Below are positions 36,037 through 45,853 of a stretch of DNA of 64,000 bases, one piece after another. A program made the translations under genes and the position numbers. Position 1 is the stretch's first letter, and each line of letters opens with the position of its first letter. The DNA comes from an uncultured Candidatus Saccharibacteria bacterium. Lineage in GTDB: Bacteria; Patescibacteriota; Minisyncoccia; Phycocordibacterales; UBA9973. The stretch lies in the NCBI GenBank assembly GCA_964348725.1, contig CAYGDG010000003.1, positions 30,775 through 94,774 on the forward strand, written 5' to 3'. The notes beneath the pieces were generated by a model, which ran no database searches, was not told the DNA's origin, and was given only the letters and a program-made list of their open reading frames with translations.

Positions 36037-37101
36037 TTAGTAATTCCAGGACTTATAGGAATTATCGATACCCGGATGGCGCATGTTGCGTACCTCGAAA
36101 TGCAAGTGCGGTCCTGTAGAGCGTCCAGTAGAGCCTACATAGCCGATGACCTGGCCTTGTGCTACCTGTGCGCCTTGTGATACGGCAATGCGTGATTGGT
36201 GGGCGTAATATGTCTTTGTGCCATTCGCATGGTCTATGATGACAAGGTTTCCATATCCGCCGTTGTATCCCGTTCTGGCGAAAGCGACCTTGCCGGCTGC
36301 TGCAGCATATATCGGGGTTCCGGTTTTGGCGGCGTAGTCGTAGCCATAATTATCGTGGAGTCTTTGGCTAATGCGAGAGCCCGGAAGCGGATGTATGAAG
36401 TATCCGTTTGAAGAACCCGAATATGTCTGTCCTTTCTGCGGCTTGGACGAGCTGGAAGCCGGCTTTGCCTCATTGTGCACCATCTGGCCGTCCGGAATAA
36501 AGATCTCTTCGCCTACGGCAAGCTTTTCATTTTCCGCGATGCCGTTGAAGCGGGCGATTTCTTCCGTGTCGCCCTTGTAGAGCTTGGCGATGGAGGCGAT
36601 CGTTTGCCCTTTAGCGACAGTATGCTTTGCGCCGTTTATCGGCATGACGAGCAAGACCTCGCCTACTTTCGGCTTGTCGCCTTTTTTCATATCGTTTGCC
36701 CAGAGGATAGTATTCACGGATACGCCGAACATGTCAGCGATGGCGGAGAGGGAATCACCCTGACGGACCACGTACACTTCTATGTCCTCAGTGGACAGCT
36801 CGGAGTCGGTGCCATCAGATACTCCCAAGGGGCCGGTGGCGGGGAGGAGGGCATTGTCAGAGGTGATGTTCACTTGCGCGTCTTCTTTGATTTCCGGCTC
36901 GGTCTTGCTCTTCTTTTCGTCTATGATGGTAGCAGAAGAGACGTTTGCCTCAAGGAGGGGCATGTTTTGAGAATTCGGTACGGCTTCAGCATTGGCTTCC
37001 TCGGCGGAAGCCTTAGTTCCAAAAATGGCAGAGAAAAAACCCGCTTCAGCGCTGGTCGGGGCCACAAACAGGCCAAACAGCATAGAAAAGGCTACAAACA
37101 A
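36037..37101 (-). CDS. LysM-domain M23 family metallopeptidase
   Basis: Two LysM repeats (YVVRQGDSLSAIADMFGVSVNTILWAN; HTVAKGQTIASIAKLY) and M23 motifs HxxxD...GSTGRSTGPHLHFEV. Confidence 0.8.
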   Translation of the reverse strand: MFVAFSMLFGLFVAPTSAEAGFFSAIFGTKASAEEANAEAVPNSQNMPLLEANVSSATIIDEKKSKTEPEIKEDAQVNITSDNALLPATGPLGVSDGTDSELSTEDIEVYVVRQGDSLSAIADMFGVSVNTILWANDMKKGDKPKVGEVLLVMPINGAKHTVAKGQTIASIAKLYKGDTEEIARFNGIAENEKLAVGEEIFIPDGQMVHNEAKPASSSSKPQKGQTYSGSSNGYFIHPLPGSRISQRLHDNYGYDYAAKTGTPIYAAAAGKVAFARTGYNGGYGNLVIIDHANGTKTYYAHQSRIAVSQGAQVAQGQVIGYVGSTGRSTGPHLHFEVRNMRHPGIDNSYKSWNY

Positions 37102-37857
37102 GCTAAAAATTTTAAAATGAGGTTTTATAAGCCTATTTTTGTGTGTCGTAAGAGTCTTTTTTCCAGCTTATAAAATAAGGATGGAATTTGGACGACCCAA
37201 AATTGTCTTGAAAACAAAAGGTCTTACGACGGTTACGAACGGACGGGATTGTCTGATAGGCTCTTTCGTGCTCCTGTACGGTATGTCTAAAGGGTACCCG
37301 ATAGGCTTCCCGAAGTCAACCCTTTTGGGGATAACTTTTTTTGACAAAAATTCGGAATAAATGTTAAATTATAAAGGTATTTAGCTCTTCAAACATACAA
37401 AACCCTAGCATTTATGGAAAAGTTATATATTCTACTTCGTGCACCCGTATCGGGGAATTGGTTTTTCTTCCTTGTGGCTATGACCGGGGCAGCTTTGTGG
37501 TTTGCTTTGGCTTGGCTATTAATAGAGGAAAATCCTAGAAATAAAAAAAGACCGCCCTAAACGCGGCTTTTTGTTTTTTTGGATAAAAAAACTCCCCCCG
37601 AACCACCAGGGAGAGTTAACCATTAAACAAAACCGACAATTATTTATAGGCTATCGCCTGCGCCGACCTTGATTGGCCGTGAGATTTCTTCCACTACGTC
37701 GTGTACGACGTGAGTACACATAAAATTTTTCTTCATCGGCAATACCTTTTGGCCTGCCAGGTCTAGGGGCTATTTTTTTTCGAATCATAAAGAATAGGTT
37801 TAAAGTTCATTGTAATAATATTCCTGTCTGGGCTGCAAAGCAAGAGGGGATAACTAG

Positions 37858-37939
37858 TGCCGTGGGAGGGATTTGAACCCTCAAGCCCGAAAGCATACGC
37901 TTCTGAAGCGTACGTGTATACCAATTCCACCACCACGGC
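37858..37939 (-). tRNA. tRNA-Leu(CAG)
   Basis: Acceptor GCCGTGG/CCACGGC; anticodon stem TACGC/GCGTA loop TTCAGAA; long variable arm; T-loop TTCAAAT. Confidence 0.7.
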
Positions 37940-37944
37940 ATTAT

Positions 37945-38712
37945 TTATATTTCAATCCACAGCGGGCAATGGTCTGAGCCATAATATTGGTCCAGGATGC
38001 CCGCGCCTTTCACTTTACCAGCAATTTCGGCGGATGCAAAGAAATAATCTATCCGCCAGCCGACATTGCGTTCGCGGGCGGCAGTTTTTTGATCCCAGTA
38101 GGTGTATGCGCCCGTCTTGCCCGGATAGAACTTCCGAAACATGTCCACATAGCCGGAAGCCACCACTTCATCCAGCCAAGCGCGCTCCTCCGGCAGGAAG
38201 CCGGTATTTTCTTCATTCGCTTTCGGACGGGCCAAGTCTATCTCTTCATGGGCGGTGTTTACGTCGCCGCAGAAAATTACTTTCTCACCAGCTTTGCGTA
38301 ATTTCAAAATAAATTTCAAAAATTCATCGTAAAAATCCAACTTGTATTGCAGGCGTACCGGTCCGCCGCCTCCATTTGGGAAATATACATTAATCAGCGT
38401 GAAGTCTTTGTACTTCGCGCCCACGATGCGGCCTTCGTCATCAAAGCGGCTCTGACCCATGCCGTAAAAAACTTCTTTCGGTTTCACTTTAGAGTAAATT
38501 GCCACGCCGCTGTAGCCCTTTTTTACTTTAGAAGAAGAAAAATACGAAGTATGGCCCGGAACATTGCGGGTGGCTTCGTCCAGCTGTTCCATTTCAGCTT
38601 TGGTTTCTTGTAGGCACAAAATATCAGGATCTTCGCCCTGAAAAAGGGGAGTGAAGAAGCCTTGCCTGACTGTGGCCCGGAGGCCATTTGTGTTCCAACT
38701 GATAATTTTCAT
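37945..38712 (-). CDS. xth: Exodeoxyribonuclease III (AP endonuclease)
   Basis: MKIISWNTNGLRA...ILCLQETK...SDHCPLWIEI. Confidence 0.85.
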   Translation of the reverse strand: MKIISWNTNGLRATVRQGFFTPLFQGEDPDILCLQETKAEMEQLDEATRNVPGHTSYFSSSKVKKGYSGVAIYSKVKPKEVFYGMGQSRFDDEGRIVGAKYKDFTLINVYFPNGGGGPVRLQYKLDFYDEFLKFILKLRKAGEKVIFCGDVNTAHEEIDLARPKANEENTGFLPEERAWLDEVVASGYVDMFRKFYPGKTGAYTYWDQKTAARERNVGWRIDYFFASAEIAGKVKGAGILDQYYGSDHCPLWIEI

Positions 38713-38721
38713 TGCTTTACT

Positions 38722-39360
38722 TTATTTTTTTCTAAAGAGGGTTTCTCTATAATATGCATCTTTCGTCGGTATGATTTCGGAAGAGATGATCTCACATGCG
38801 TCGCCGAAAATTTGTCGCATTTCTTCCTCAGTGAAAAAATGATAGTGCACGCCGTATTTTTCAAAGTCTCCGTCAGCAGATGCTTTCGGAGAAAAATCCA
38901 TAAATTTCGGTGTTTCGCGAGAAAGGGAGACATTTAAATAATACCCGCCAGGTTTCAGCACACGAGCCACTTCTTCCGCATACGCGCTCCAATCCGCGGT
39001 GAAAAGATTTTCCATGAGGCCAAAATCCGTCGCACCATCAAAGCTGGCGTCCGCGAAAGGGATTTCCAACGCGTCCGCTTCCATGAATCTTAACTTACCG
39101 GCAAGTCCCCAGTCTTTTATATGAGAGTTCGTTTTTGCCACTGCTCCACTTTCAAAGTCGATGCCAATGACTCGCAGCCCCGAGTCAGCCATGTGCTTGC
39201 CAAAAAGTCCGCGGCCGGAGCCAATGTCGAGCACGAGGGCGTTCGGCTGGAGCTTTTCCATCAGCTTTTTCCCGCGTGCGGGCAGCGGCAGGTGCGTCCA
39301 AGAATCCGAGCCGGTCTTGTATGCTTCTTCAAAATATTTTTTATGCCCGCGGTAATCCAC
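38722..39360 (-). CDS. Class I SAM-dependent methyltransferase
   Basis: LVLDIGSGRGLFGKHMADSGLRVIGIDF motif I. Confidence 0.7.
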   Translation of the reverse strand: MDYRGHKKYFEEAYKTGSDSWTHLPLPARGKKLMEKLQPNALVLDIGSGRGLFGKHMADSGLRVIGIDFESGAVAKTNSHIKDWGLAGKLRFMEADALEIPFADASFDGATDFGLMENLFTADWSAYAEEVARVLKPGGYYLNVSLSRETPKFMDFSPKASADGDFEKYGVHYHFFTEEEMRQIFGDACEIISSEIIPTKDAYYRETLFRKK

Positions 39361-39480
39361 ACACAGAGTATATCACTGTATTGCTTTTTCCGAAAAGAAG
39401 CGTATATTGTAAATCTGTCCTTTCTGTCCGATTTCTTCTTCGTCAAAAAAATATGTACTAACCATCTAAACCATCTCGCC

Positions 39481-39624
39481 ATGATTTTACTCATACTCAC
39501 CGCCATCACTCCAATCTGGAAAATGGGTGTAGCTATCCTGCTGCTCCATTTTCCTATTATCTTTGCCGTCCTACTAGTATTGTTGGCCTTGTGGGAGAAG
39601 CGTCAAAGAAGCTTTAACTTCTAA
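39481..39624 (+). CDS. Putative small membrane protein (47 aa)
   Basis: MILLILTAITPIWKMGVAILLLHFPIIFAVLLVLLALWEKRQRSFNF; internal start of ORF 39121..39624. Confidence 0.3.
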   Translation: MILLILTAITPIWKMGVAILLLHFPIIFAVLLVLLALWEKRQRSFNF

Positions 39625-39656
39625 ATCAAATTGTTTCACCTCTAAACAGACTTATT

Positions 39657-39797
39657 ATGAAAAACACTTCCACTGCGAGCCTCCGCTCTTACTTGTATGT
39701 TTTTATTATTATGGGGTTGATTGCATTTATGTTGCCTAAGCTTTTTCCGTGGCCTGCCACAAAAACAGCTTCTGTATCTTCTGCAGTAAGAAAATAA
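39657..39797 (+). CDS. Putative small membrane protein (46 aa)
   Basis: MKNTSTASLRSYLYVFIIMGLIAFMLPKLFPWPATKTASVSSAVRK; followed by terminator. Confidence 0.3.
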   Translation: MKNTSTASLRSYLYVFIIMGLIAFMLPKLFPWPATKTASVSSAVRK

Positions 39798-39816
39798 AAA
39801 AAGTTTTAATGTTAGA

Positions 39817-39850
39817 AAAATCCCTTCTCTTTTGGAGGGATTTTTTATTT
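39817..39850. terminator. Bidirectional rho-independent terminator
   Basis: AAATCCCT-loop-AGGGATTT followed by TTTTTATTTT. Confidence 0.65.
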
Positions 39851-40813
39851 TCGGCCATGAAATTTCTGATGCACTTCGCGCAGATGCTTATCCGTCACAT
39901 GGGTATATATCTGCGTGGTGGCGATGTTCGCGTGCCCCAGCATTATCTGCACGCTGCGGATGTCCGCGCCATTGCCGAGCAGGTCCGTGGCAAAGCAGTG
40001 GCGGATGACGTGCGGAGTGACTTTTTTTGAAATGCCGGCTTTGATTGCATAGTGTTTTACGATACGCTCCACGCTGTGCCTGTTCAGCGCGCCGGCCGGC
40101 ATGTCCCCGCTTTTGTCTTTTCTTTCGGACGGATTACGCTTCATTTCTTGGCCGATTTGCACAAAGAGCGCTTCCTCCATGTCTTTGCGGATGGCGAGAT
40201 ATGCCCGTACCGCAGCACGTGCCGCTTCAGTGATGAAGATAACCCGCACTTTTCCGCCTTTGCCGCGAATGCTGTATTCGGAAGCGGTCCAATCCAGATC
40301 GCGAGGTAAAGCGCACAGTTCGGATACGCGTAGCCCAGTGGAAAAAAGAAGTTCCAATATCGCCTTGTCCCGCAGGCTTTTCAAGTCCGTACCTTCAGGC
40401 GCTTGCAAGAGGCGTTCCAGCTCCGACGGCGTGATGAGGTCAAGCAGTCGTTCCGGTACTTTGGACAGTTCTATCCGGTCGGGGGAGAGCGACGGTATGC
40501 CACGCTTGCCGAGATATTTCAAAAACATACGGAGCGCGATCAGGTAATAATTTTGTGTTTTTTTAGACATTGTCTTTCCCACGGGCATATTCGGCGAGCG
40601 CTGGCGGTTCAGCCAGAGGCGGAAATTTCTTACCAGGGAATCATCTATGTCGCCCGCGTTTTGTATATTCGCCCATGCCAAAAATCTAGACAGGTAACCT
40701 TCGTAATTTTCTATCGTTCGTAGTGCCGCGCCCTTTTCAATCTCCATGTATTCCAAAAATTCTCGCAGGTGACGGTATATTTCGCTGGTATTCGCTTTTT
40801 CGGTTTCAACCAT
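39845..40813 (-). CDS. xerC: Tyrosine recombinase XerC/XerD family
   Basis: 322 aa; RHCFATDLLGNGADIRSVQIMLGHANIATTQIYTHV catalytic region. Confidence 0.8.
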   Translation of the reverse strand: MVETEKANTSEIYRHLREFLEYMEIEKGAALRTIENYEGYLSRFLAWANIQNAGDIDDSLVRNFRLWLNRQRSPNMPVGKTMSKKTQNYYLIALRMFLKYLGKRGIPSLSPDRIELSKVPERLLDLITPSELERLLQAPEGTDLKSLRDKAILELLFSTGLRVSELCALPRDLDWTASEYSIRGKGGKVRVIFITEAARAAVRAYLAIRKDMEEALFVQIGQEMKRNPSERKDKSGDMPAGALNRHSVERIVKHYAIKAGISKKVTPHVIRHCFATDLLGNGADIRSVQIMLGHANIATTQIYTHVTDKHLREVHQKFHGRK

Positions 40814-40909
40814 AGAGTCATTTTATCATAATATTGTGCGACATCGGTGAAACAGCATCCGGGAGAGGAGCACTTGCATTTTTCTGGGCTTTATGCTAGG
40901 ATATGAAAC

Positions 40910-41173
40910 ATGTTAGCAACCAAGAAAAAGCAGACAATAATCAAGAAACATCAGGTCCACGAAAAGGATACCGGTTCTACCGAGGTCCAAGTGGCCGTGC
41001 TTTCCGTCCAGATAGACGAGCTTGCCAAGCACTTGAAGAAGCACAAAAAGGATAATCACTCCCGCCGCGGCCTCATCAAGATGGTGGCCGATCGCAGGAC
41101 GCATCTGAAGTACTTGCTCCGTAAGGACAAGACTCGCCACGACGCTCTCGTCAAAAAGATGAATCTCGCCTAA
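40910..41173 (+). CDS. rpsO: 30S ribosomal protein S15
   Basis: 87 aa; DTGSTEVQVAVLSVQIDELAKHLKKHKKDNHSRRGLIKMVADRRTHLKYL. Confidence 0.9.
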   Translation: MLATKKKQTIIKKHQVHEKDTGSTEVQVAVLSVQIDELAKHLKKHKKDNHSRRGLIKMVADRRTHLKYLLRKDKTRHDALVKKMNLA

Positions 41174-41177
41174 ATTA

Positions 41178-41214
41178 CCCCCTCTGCTTAATAAGGAGAG
41201 GGTCGGGGTGAGGT
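41178..41214 (+). repeat. Hairpin repeat family C copy 2 (intergenic, after rpsO)
   Basis: CCCCCTCTGCTTAATAAGGAGAGGGTCGGGGTGAGGT. Confidence 0.7.
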
Positions 41215-41219
41215 CAAAT

Positions 41220-41244
41220 CCCGCCTCTGGCGGGTTTTGTTTTA
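41220..41244 (+). terminator. rpsO terminator
   Basis: CCCGCC-TCT-GGCGGG then TTTTGTTTTA. Confidence 0.7.
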
Positions 41245-41270
41245 TCAGTAAAAAAGTTATACTTATATAT

Positions 41271-41783
41271 ATGGCAGTAATCAAACACAAAGAACAGCGC
41301 GTGGGCGTCTTTATCGACACGCAGAATCTCTATCACAGCGCGCGCAATTTATACAAAGCCCGCGTGAATTTCGGTGCAGTGTTGAAAGAAATAGTGGCAG
41401 GCAGGAAGCTCGTGCGCGCGGTGGCCTATGTCATTACCACTGAAGCGGGGGATGAGAAAAACTTTTTCGAAGCATTGGCAAAACTCGGCATTGAGACCAA
41501 GACTAAAGACCTCCAGATATTCGCCGGCGGCGCCAAGAAAGCCGACTGGGACGTCGGCCTCGCCATGGATGCCATCAAGATGGCCAGCCGCTTGGATGCA
41601 GTAGTGATAGTCTCCGGCGACGGGGACTTTATCCCGCTCGTGGAATATTTGCAGACCCTCGGCGTACAAGTGGAAGTGGCATCCTTTGGTAAATCAACTT
41701 CCGGTAAGCTCAAAGAATCCGTGGATGATTTCGTAGATCTCTCTGAAAACCCGAGAAAGTATCTTTTGGGCAGCGGGAAATAA
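41271..41783 (+). CDS. NYN/LabA-like (PIN-like) domain protein
   Basis: VGVFIDTQNLYHSAR...VVIVSGDGDFIPLVEYLQTLGVQVEV. Confidence 0.65.
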   Translation: MAVIKHKEQRVGVFIDTQNLYHSARNLYKARVNFGAVLKEIVAGRKLVRAVAYVITTEAGDEKNFFEALAKLGIETKTKDLQIFAGGAKKADWDVGLAMDAIKMASRLDAVVIVSGDGDFIPLVEYLQTLGVQVEVASFGKSTSGKLKESVDDFVDLSENPRKYLLGSGK

Positions 41784-41875
41784 AACTCCAAAAAAACTTT
41801 ATCTTTTCTTTATCTGCCGTGTTTTATAATATATTTACTCTTTGATTAAAGATAATCGGGGAGTATACTTACAGT

Positions 41876-42622
41876 ATGAAAACAAGTTACACGCTTTCGA
41901 ATTTCGATCTGCTTTTTGAAGAAGGCACTGTGCCTGCTGGCAAGACGTATGACATCTTGAAAATAAAAGACATGCCGAGTGAGGACAAGCCGCGCGAGAA
42001 GCTCGGTAAGTATGGACCGGCAGCGCTCTCGGTGGCCGAACTCATCGCTGTCATCTTGAATACCGGCACCGTGAAAGAAGAAGTTATGATGATGTCTTCG
42101 CGTATTATCAAAGACTATGGCGAGCGCAGTCTGGCTGGACAGACAGATGCGAGCAAGCTTTCCAAAGATATGGATATTCCACTTCATAAGGCGATGCAGA
42201 TCGTCGCCTGTGCCGAGCTCGGCAAAAGATTTTTCGAGCGCAAGGTGCAGGGCATCCAGACCGTGCGCACAGCAAAAGATGTATATGAATATCTGCGCGA
42301 CATGCGAGATTTGCCAAAAGAGCACTTGCGAGGTATTTATCTGAATACGCATCACCGCGTCATTCGCGACGAAGTCATCTCCATCGGCACTATCAATTCG
42401 AATCTCATCCATCCGCGCGAAGTTTTCAAGCCGGCCATCGAGTACGGTGCCGCAGCAGTCATTCTCGCGCACAATCATCCTTCCGGTATACCGACTCCTT
42501 CAGAGGCGGATATTGAAATCACCAAGCACATCATCGCCGCCGGCAAGATGATCGGCATTCCGCTCCTCGACCACGTCATCATCGGAAAAAATAAATTTGT
42601 CAGTATTGAGGCGGATTATTAA
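41876..42622 (+). CDS. radC: DNA repair protein RadC (JAB/MPN domain)
   Basis: HNHPSGIPTPSEADIEITKHIIAAGKMIGIPLLDHVII. Confidence 0.8.
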   Translation: MKTSYTLSNFDLLFEEGTVPAGKTYDILKIKDMPSEDKPREKLGKYGPAALSVAELIAVILNTGTVKEEVMMMSSRIIKDYGERSLAGQTDASKLSKDMDIPLHKAMQIVACAELGKRFFERKVQGIQTVRTAKDVYEYLRDMRDLPKEHLRGIYLNTHHRVIRDEVISIGTINSNLIHPREVFKPAIEYGAAAVILAHNHPSGIPTPSEADIEITKHIIAAGKMIGIPLLDHVIIGKNKFVSIEADY

Positions 42623-42655
42623 TTTACCTGCCCGCGAGGCATTAAAAATATTTTA

Positions 42656-42904
42656 ATGAATGCAGTAAAAAATAAGACATACGATATTTCCAATCACGCG
42701 TCACCATACTTTGGTGAACTCCTGCGCGACGAGCCGCTAACATTGACCAAAGCCGAACTAGCCCTCCATCTTTCCGATCTGCACTATTTGTTTATGAGAA
42801 AGTTCTCCGACCTTGCCGCTTCGTCCCGTGTGTCAGAAGCTGAAGCACAAAAGCTCTTGGCGATGCTCCAAGAGATAATTAAAGTAAAAAAGCTGCTCGT
42901 ATAA
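42656..42904 (+). CDS. Hypothetical small protein
   Basis: 82 aa ORF followed by terminator AGCCCCTTCGGGGGTTTTTT (42906..42926). Confidence 0.35.
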   Translation: MNAVKNKTYDISNHASPYFGELLRDEPLTLTKAELALHLSDLHYLFMRKFSDLAASSRVSEAEAQKLLAMLQEIIKVKKLLV

Positions 42905-43087
42905 AAGCCCCTTCGGGGGTTTTTTGCATTTTATACGCAAAATGCTAGTATAATCTTATAAATTAATAGTTAATCAGGTTCGTCTTTAGATAGAGCTATG
43001 TGTTGCGCATGCACGTTCGTCATGTGAAACAATACTTTATTCTAAAGAGGAATCCCTGCCCGCCTTTGGCGGGTCAAAAATAAACAT

Positions 43088-45202
43088 ATGCAAAAGAAAG
43101 AATACAGCGTAGAGATCGGCGGCAAGAATTTGACCGCGATTTTTACTGACTTAGCAGATCAGGCGCACGGAAGCGTGATGCTGAAATACGGCGAGACGAT
43201 CGTGATGGCGACGGCGTGTATGAGCAAGGATAAACAGCAGGGCCTCGGCTATTTTAATCTCACGGTAGACTATGCGGAAAAGTTTTACGCGGCCGGAAAA
43301 ATTCTCGGCTCGCAGTATGTGCGTCGCGAAGGCAAGCCTTCCACCGAAGCGGTGCTCGCTTCGCGCGTGATTGACCGCACCATCCGCCCGCTTTTTGATC
43401 AGAATATCCGCCATGCAGTGCAGGTGATAGTCACCGTCATCGCTTGCGATGATAATGATCCGGCCATGCTCGCCGTGAATGCCGCATCCTTAGCGCTCGC
43501 TGTTTCAAATATTCCGTGGAAAGGCCCGATCGGCTGTGTACGCATCGGAAAATATGATGATGATACACTCAAAATAAATCCTTCCACTAAATTGCGCGAA
43601 GAAGAATACCCGTACCAATTTGATCTCACTGTGTGCGGCAGGGAGGGCACTATAAATATGATAGAAGCGGCGGCTCGCCAAGCAAAAGAAGAAGAGCTAG
43701 AAATGGCGCTCACTCGCGCAAGCGAAGAGATAACGAAGCTGGAAGATTTTCAGAAAAAGATCGTCACTGAAATCGGCCACCCGAAGCGCGTGATAGAAAA
43801 AGAAACTATTTCCGCCGAGTCAGTCGCGCTTTTCAATTCTGAAATTTTGCAGAAGATGGAAGCCGCTATTTTCTCTGGACCGGGCAAAAAAGAAATTGAT
43901 GCGCTTCATAATGTATGGAATAAAATGGTCCGCGAAAAATTTACAGAACAGAAAGATTTCCAGCTGGAAGACGATTTATTTGACGATACGGAAAATGATT
44001 TGCTTCATGAAAAAGCAATCAAAGAAAATAAGAGAGCCGATGGTCGCGCCATGGACCAGGTACGCGAACTCTACGCACAAGCCGGCGGACTTTCTTCTAT
44101 ATTGCACGGCTCCGGAATTTTTTATCGCGGCGGCACGCATGTACTTTCCGCGCTCACTCTCGGCGGCCCTGAAGACAAGCAGGCGGTGAACGGCATGGAT
44201 GTCACCGCTGAACGTAGATTTATGCATCACTACAACTTCCCGCCATTTTCCGCGGGAGAAACTGGACGCTCCGGATTTACGAATCGGCGTGAAGTAGGAC
44301 ATGGCGCGCTTGCAGAAAAAGCGCTCGCGATGGTGCTCCCAAACAAAGAAGATTTTCCATATACCATTCGCATCGTCTCCGAATCGATGGCTTCAAACGG
44401 CTCCACATCGCAGGCATCCATTTGTGCCTCTACGCTCGCACTCATGGACGCTGGTGTGCCGATCAAAGCGCCGGTCGCGGGCATTGCGATGGGATTGATG
44501 TATGAAAATGACAATGCATATAAAATTCTGACTGACATTCAAGGACCGGAAGATCATCATGGCGATATGGATTTCAAAGTCGCTGGTAGCCGCGACGGCA
44601 TCACCGCTATTCAGCTGGATGTAAAAGTGGACGGCGTGCCGATAAAGATATTGGGCGAAGCCATGAAGCAGAGCAAGCAGGCGCGCCTCACCATCCTGGA
44701 TGCGATTGAAAAAGAAATTTCAAAGCCGCGTGCAGAAATATCTGCCAATGCGCCGAAAATTCTGATCATCAAAATCAAGCCGGACCAGATCGGCATGGTC
44801 ATTGGTGGAGGTGGCAAGACGATCAAAGAAATCCGCGAAAAGACTGGCGCTGAAATTACGATTGAGGATGATGGCACTGTGTATCTCACCGGTAAGGGCG
44901 GCGCCGCTGAAGCGGCCAAAGCGATCGTGGAAGGCATGACGCGTGAATTCAAAGTGGGCGAAATGCTGAAAGGCGAAGTGGTAAAGATCGCGGACTTCGG
45001 AGCCTTCGTACGCTTAAATGAATTTACGGATGGCATGGTACATATCTCCGAACTCGCCCCATTTCGTGTGGAGCGTGTTTCCGATATAATAAAGGAGGGC
45101 ATGATCGTGCCGGTGAAAGTTATTGCTCTTGATCCTCAAAGAGGCAAAATATCTCTTTCTATTAAGGAAGCTGATCCGGAATTTTTCAAACCGAAAGTAT
45201 AA
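43088..45202 (+). CDS. pnp: Polyribonucleotide nucleotidyltransferase (PNPase)
   Basis: 704 aa; two RNase PH domains, KH (IKIKPDQIGMVIGGGGKTIKEI) and S1 domains. Confidence 0.9.
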   Translation: MQKKEYSVEIGGKNLTAIFTDLADQAHGSVMLKYGETIVMATACMSKDKQQGLGYFNLTVDYAEKFYAAGKILGSQYVRREGKPSTEAVLASRVIDRTIRPLFDQNIRHAVQVIVTVIACDDNDPAMLAVNAASLALAVSNIPWKGPIGCVRIGKYDDDTLKINPSTKLREEEYPYQFDLTVCGREGTINMIEAAARQAKEEELEMALTRASEEITKLEDFQKKIVTEIGHPKRVIEKETISAESVALFNSEILQKMEAAIFSGPGKKEIDALHNVWNKMVREKFTEQKDFQLEDDLFDDTENDLLHEKAIKENKRADGRAMDQVRELYAQAGGLSSILHGSGIFYRGGTHVLSALTLGGPEDKQAVNGMDVTAERRFMHHYNFPPFSAGETGRSGFTNRREVGHGALAEKALAMVLPNKEDFPYTIRIVSESMASNGSTSQASICASTLALMDAGVPIKAPVAGIAMGLMYENDNAYKILTDIQGPEDHHGDMDFKVAGSRDGITAIQLDVKVDGVPIKILGEAMKQSKQARLTILDAIEKEISKPRAEISANAPKILIIKIKPDQIGMVIGGGGKTIKEIREKTGAEITIEDDGTVYLTGKGGAAEAAKAIVEGMTREFKVGEMLKGEVVKIADFGAFVRLNEFTDGMVHISELAPFRVERVSDIIKEGMIVPVKVIALDPQRGKISLSIKEADPEFFKPKV

Positions 45203-45219
45203 AAAATTGAAATAAAAAA

Positions 45220-45247
45220 ATCCCCACATGTCCGACATGTGGGGATT
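45220..45247. terminator. Terminator hairpin (strong for minus-strand gene 45270..45686, possibly bidirectional)
   Basis: AATCCCCACATGT-CCG-ACATGTGGGGATT; A-run on plus side upstream. Confidence 0.6.
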
Positions 45248-45269
45248 CCGGTAATCAACTTTTGCATTA

Positions 45270-45686
45270 TCAACGCACTACAAATACTGCGGATACTGTC
45301 TGAAGAGTTTTTCCGTTCAAGCTAAATTCAGCGTTGAACGTACCACGAGTTTCATCTTTTTCATCAGACACAGCAGTACATGATACATCAATATCTGTAT
45401 CCATCGGTGTCACATGGTAGGCTTTACCTGTATGTTCTACACACCATAGATGTTTTTTCTCCCCTTTAAAAAAGAGAAAGGATAATACATGCGCGCAATT
45501 CCACATAGCAAGCATTGAATGAGCAACATTCACATGTCCTCTATCGCGGACACTTGTTTCACTTGAGGGGAAATTCATTTTCCCTGAAATTCTCTTAGCA
45601 TCATCAGATATGACTACGGTCTCCGGAATTAGATAATGAGGAACTGGGGATTTTTTTAAAACCACTGAAATAAGGTTCTTTTTCAT
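45270..45686 (-). CDS. Hypothetical protein
   Basis: 138 aa ORF with terminator; no recognised motif. Confidence 0.4.
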   Translation of the reverse strand: MKKNLISVVLKKSPVPHYLIPETVVISDDAKRISGKMNFPSSETSVRDRGHVNVAHSMLAMWNCAHVLSFLFFKGEKKHLWCVEHTGKAYHVTPMDTDIDVSCTAVSDEKDETRGTFNAEFSLNGKTLQTVSAVFVVR

Positions 45687-45853
45687 TTTCTTTGTATTTA
45701 ATTATCAAGGAACAATTCCCCGACTTCTTATTTTACTTTACGCAAAATTTCAAAAAAATGCCATTAGATGCTGACTTTATAAGGATAAAATTATAAGGAT
45801 AGCCTAAAAGCTTTACAAAATAATAGTATTCTACTAGAATAAAGTGACATAAT

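Noticed and set aside
37102-37857. RNase P RNA, tmRNA or SRP RNA in the long intergenic region
   Set aside because: Could not find the conserved P4/GGAAAGUCCGG, tmRNA tag-ORF plus tRNA-like end, or SRP domain IV motifs by eye; left as unexplained.
39845-40813. Prophage or integrative element anchored by the tyrosine recombinase next to tRNAs
   Set aside because: No phage structural, replication or excision genes nearby; domain pattern matches chromosomal XerC/XerD dimer-resolution recombinase.
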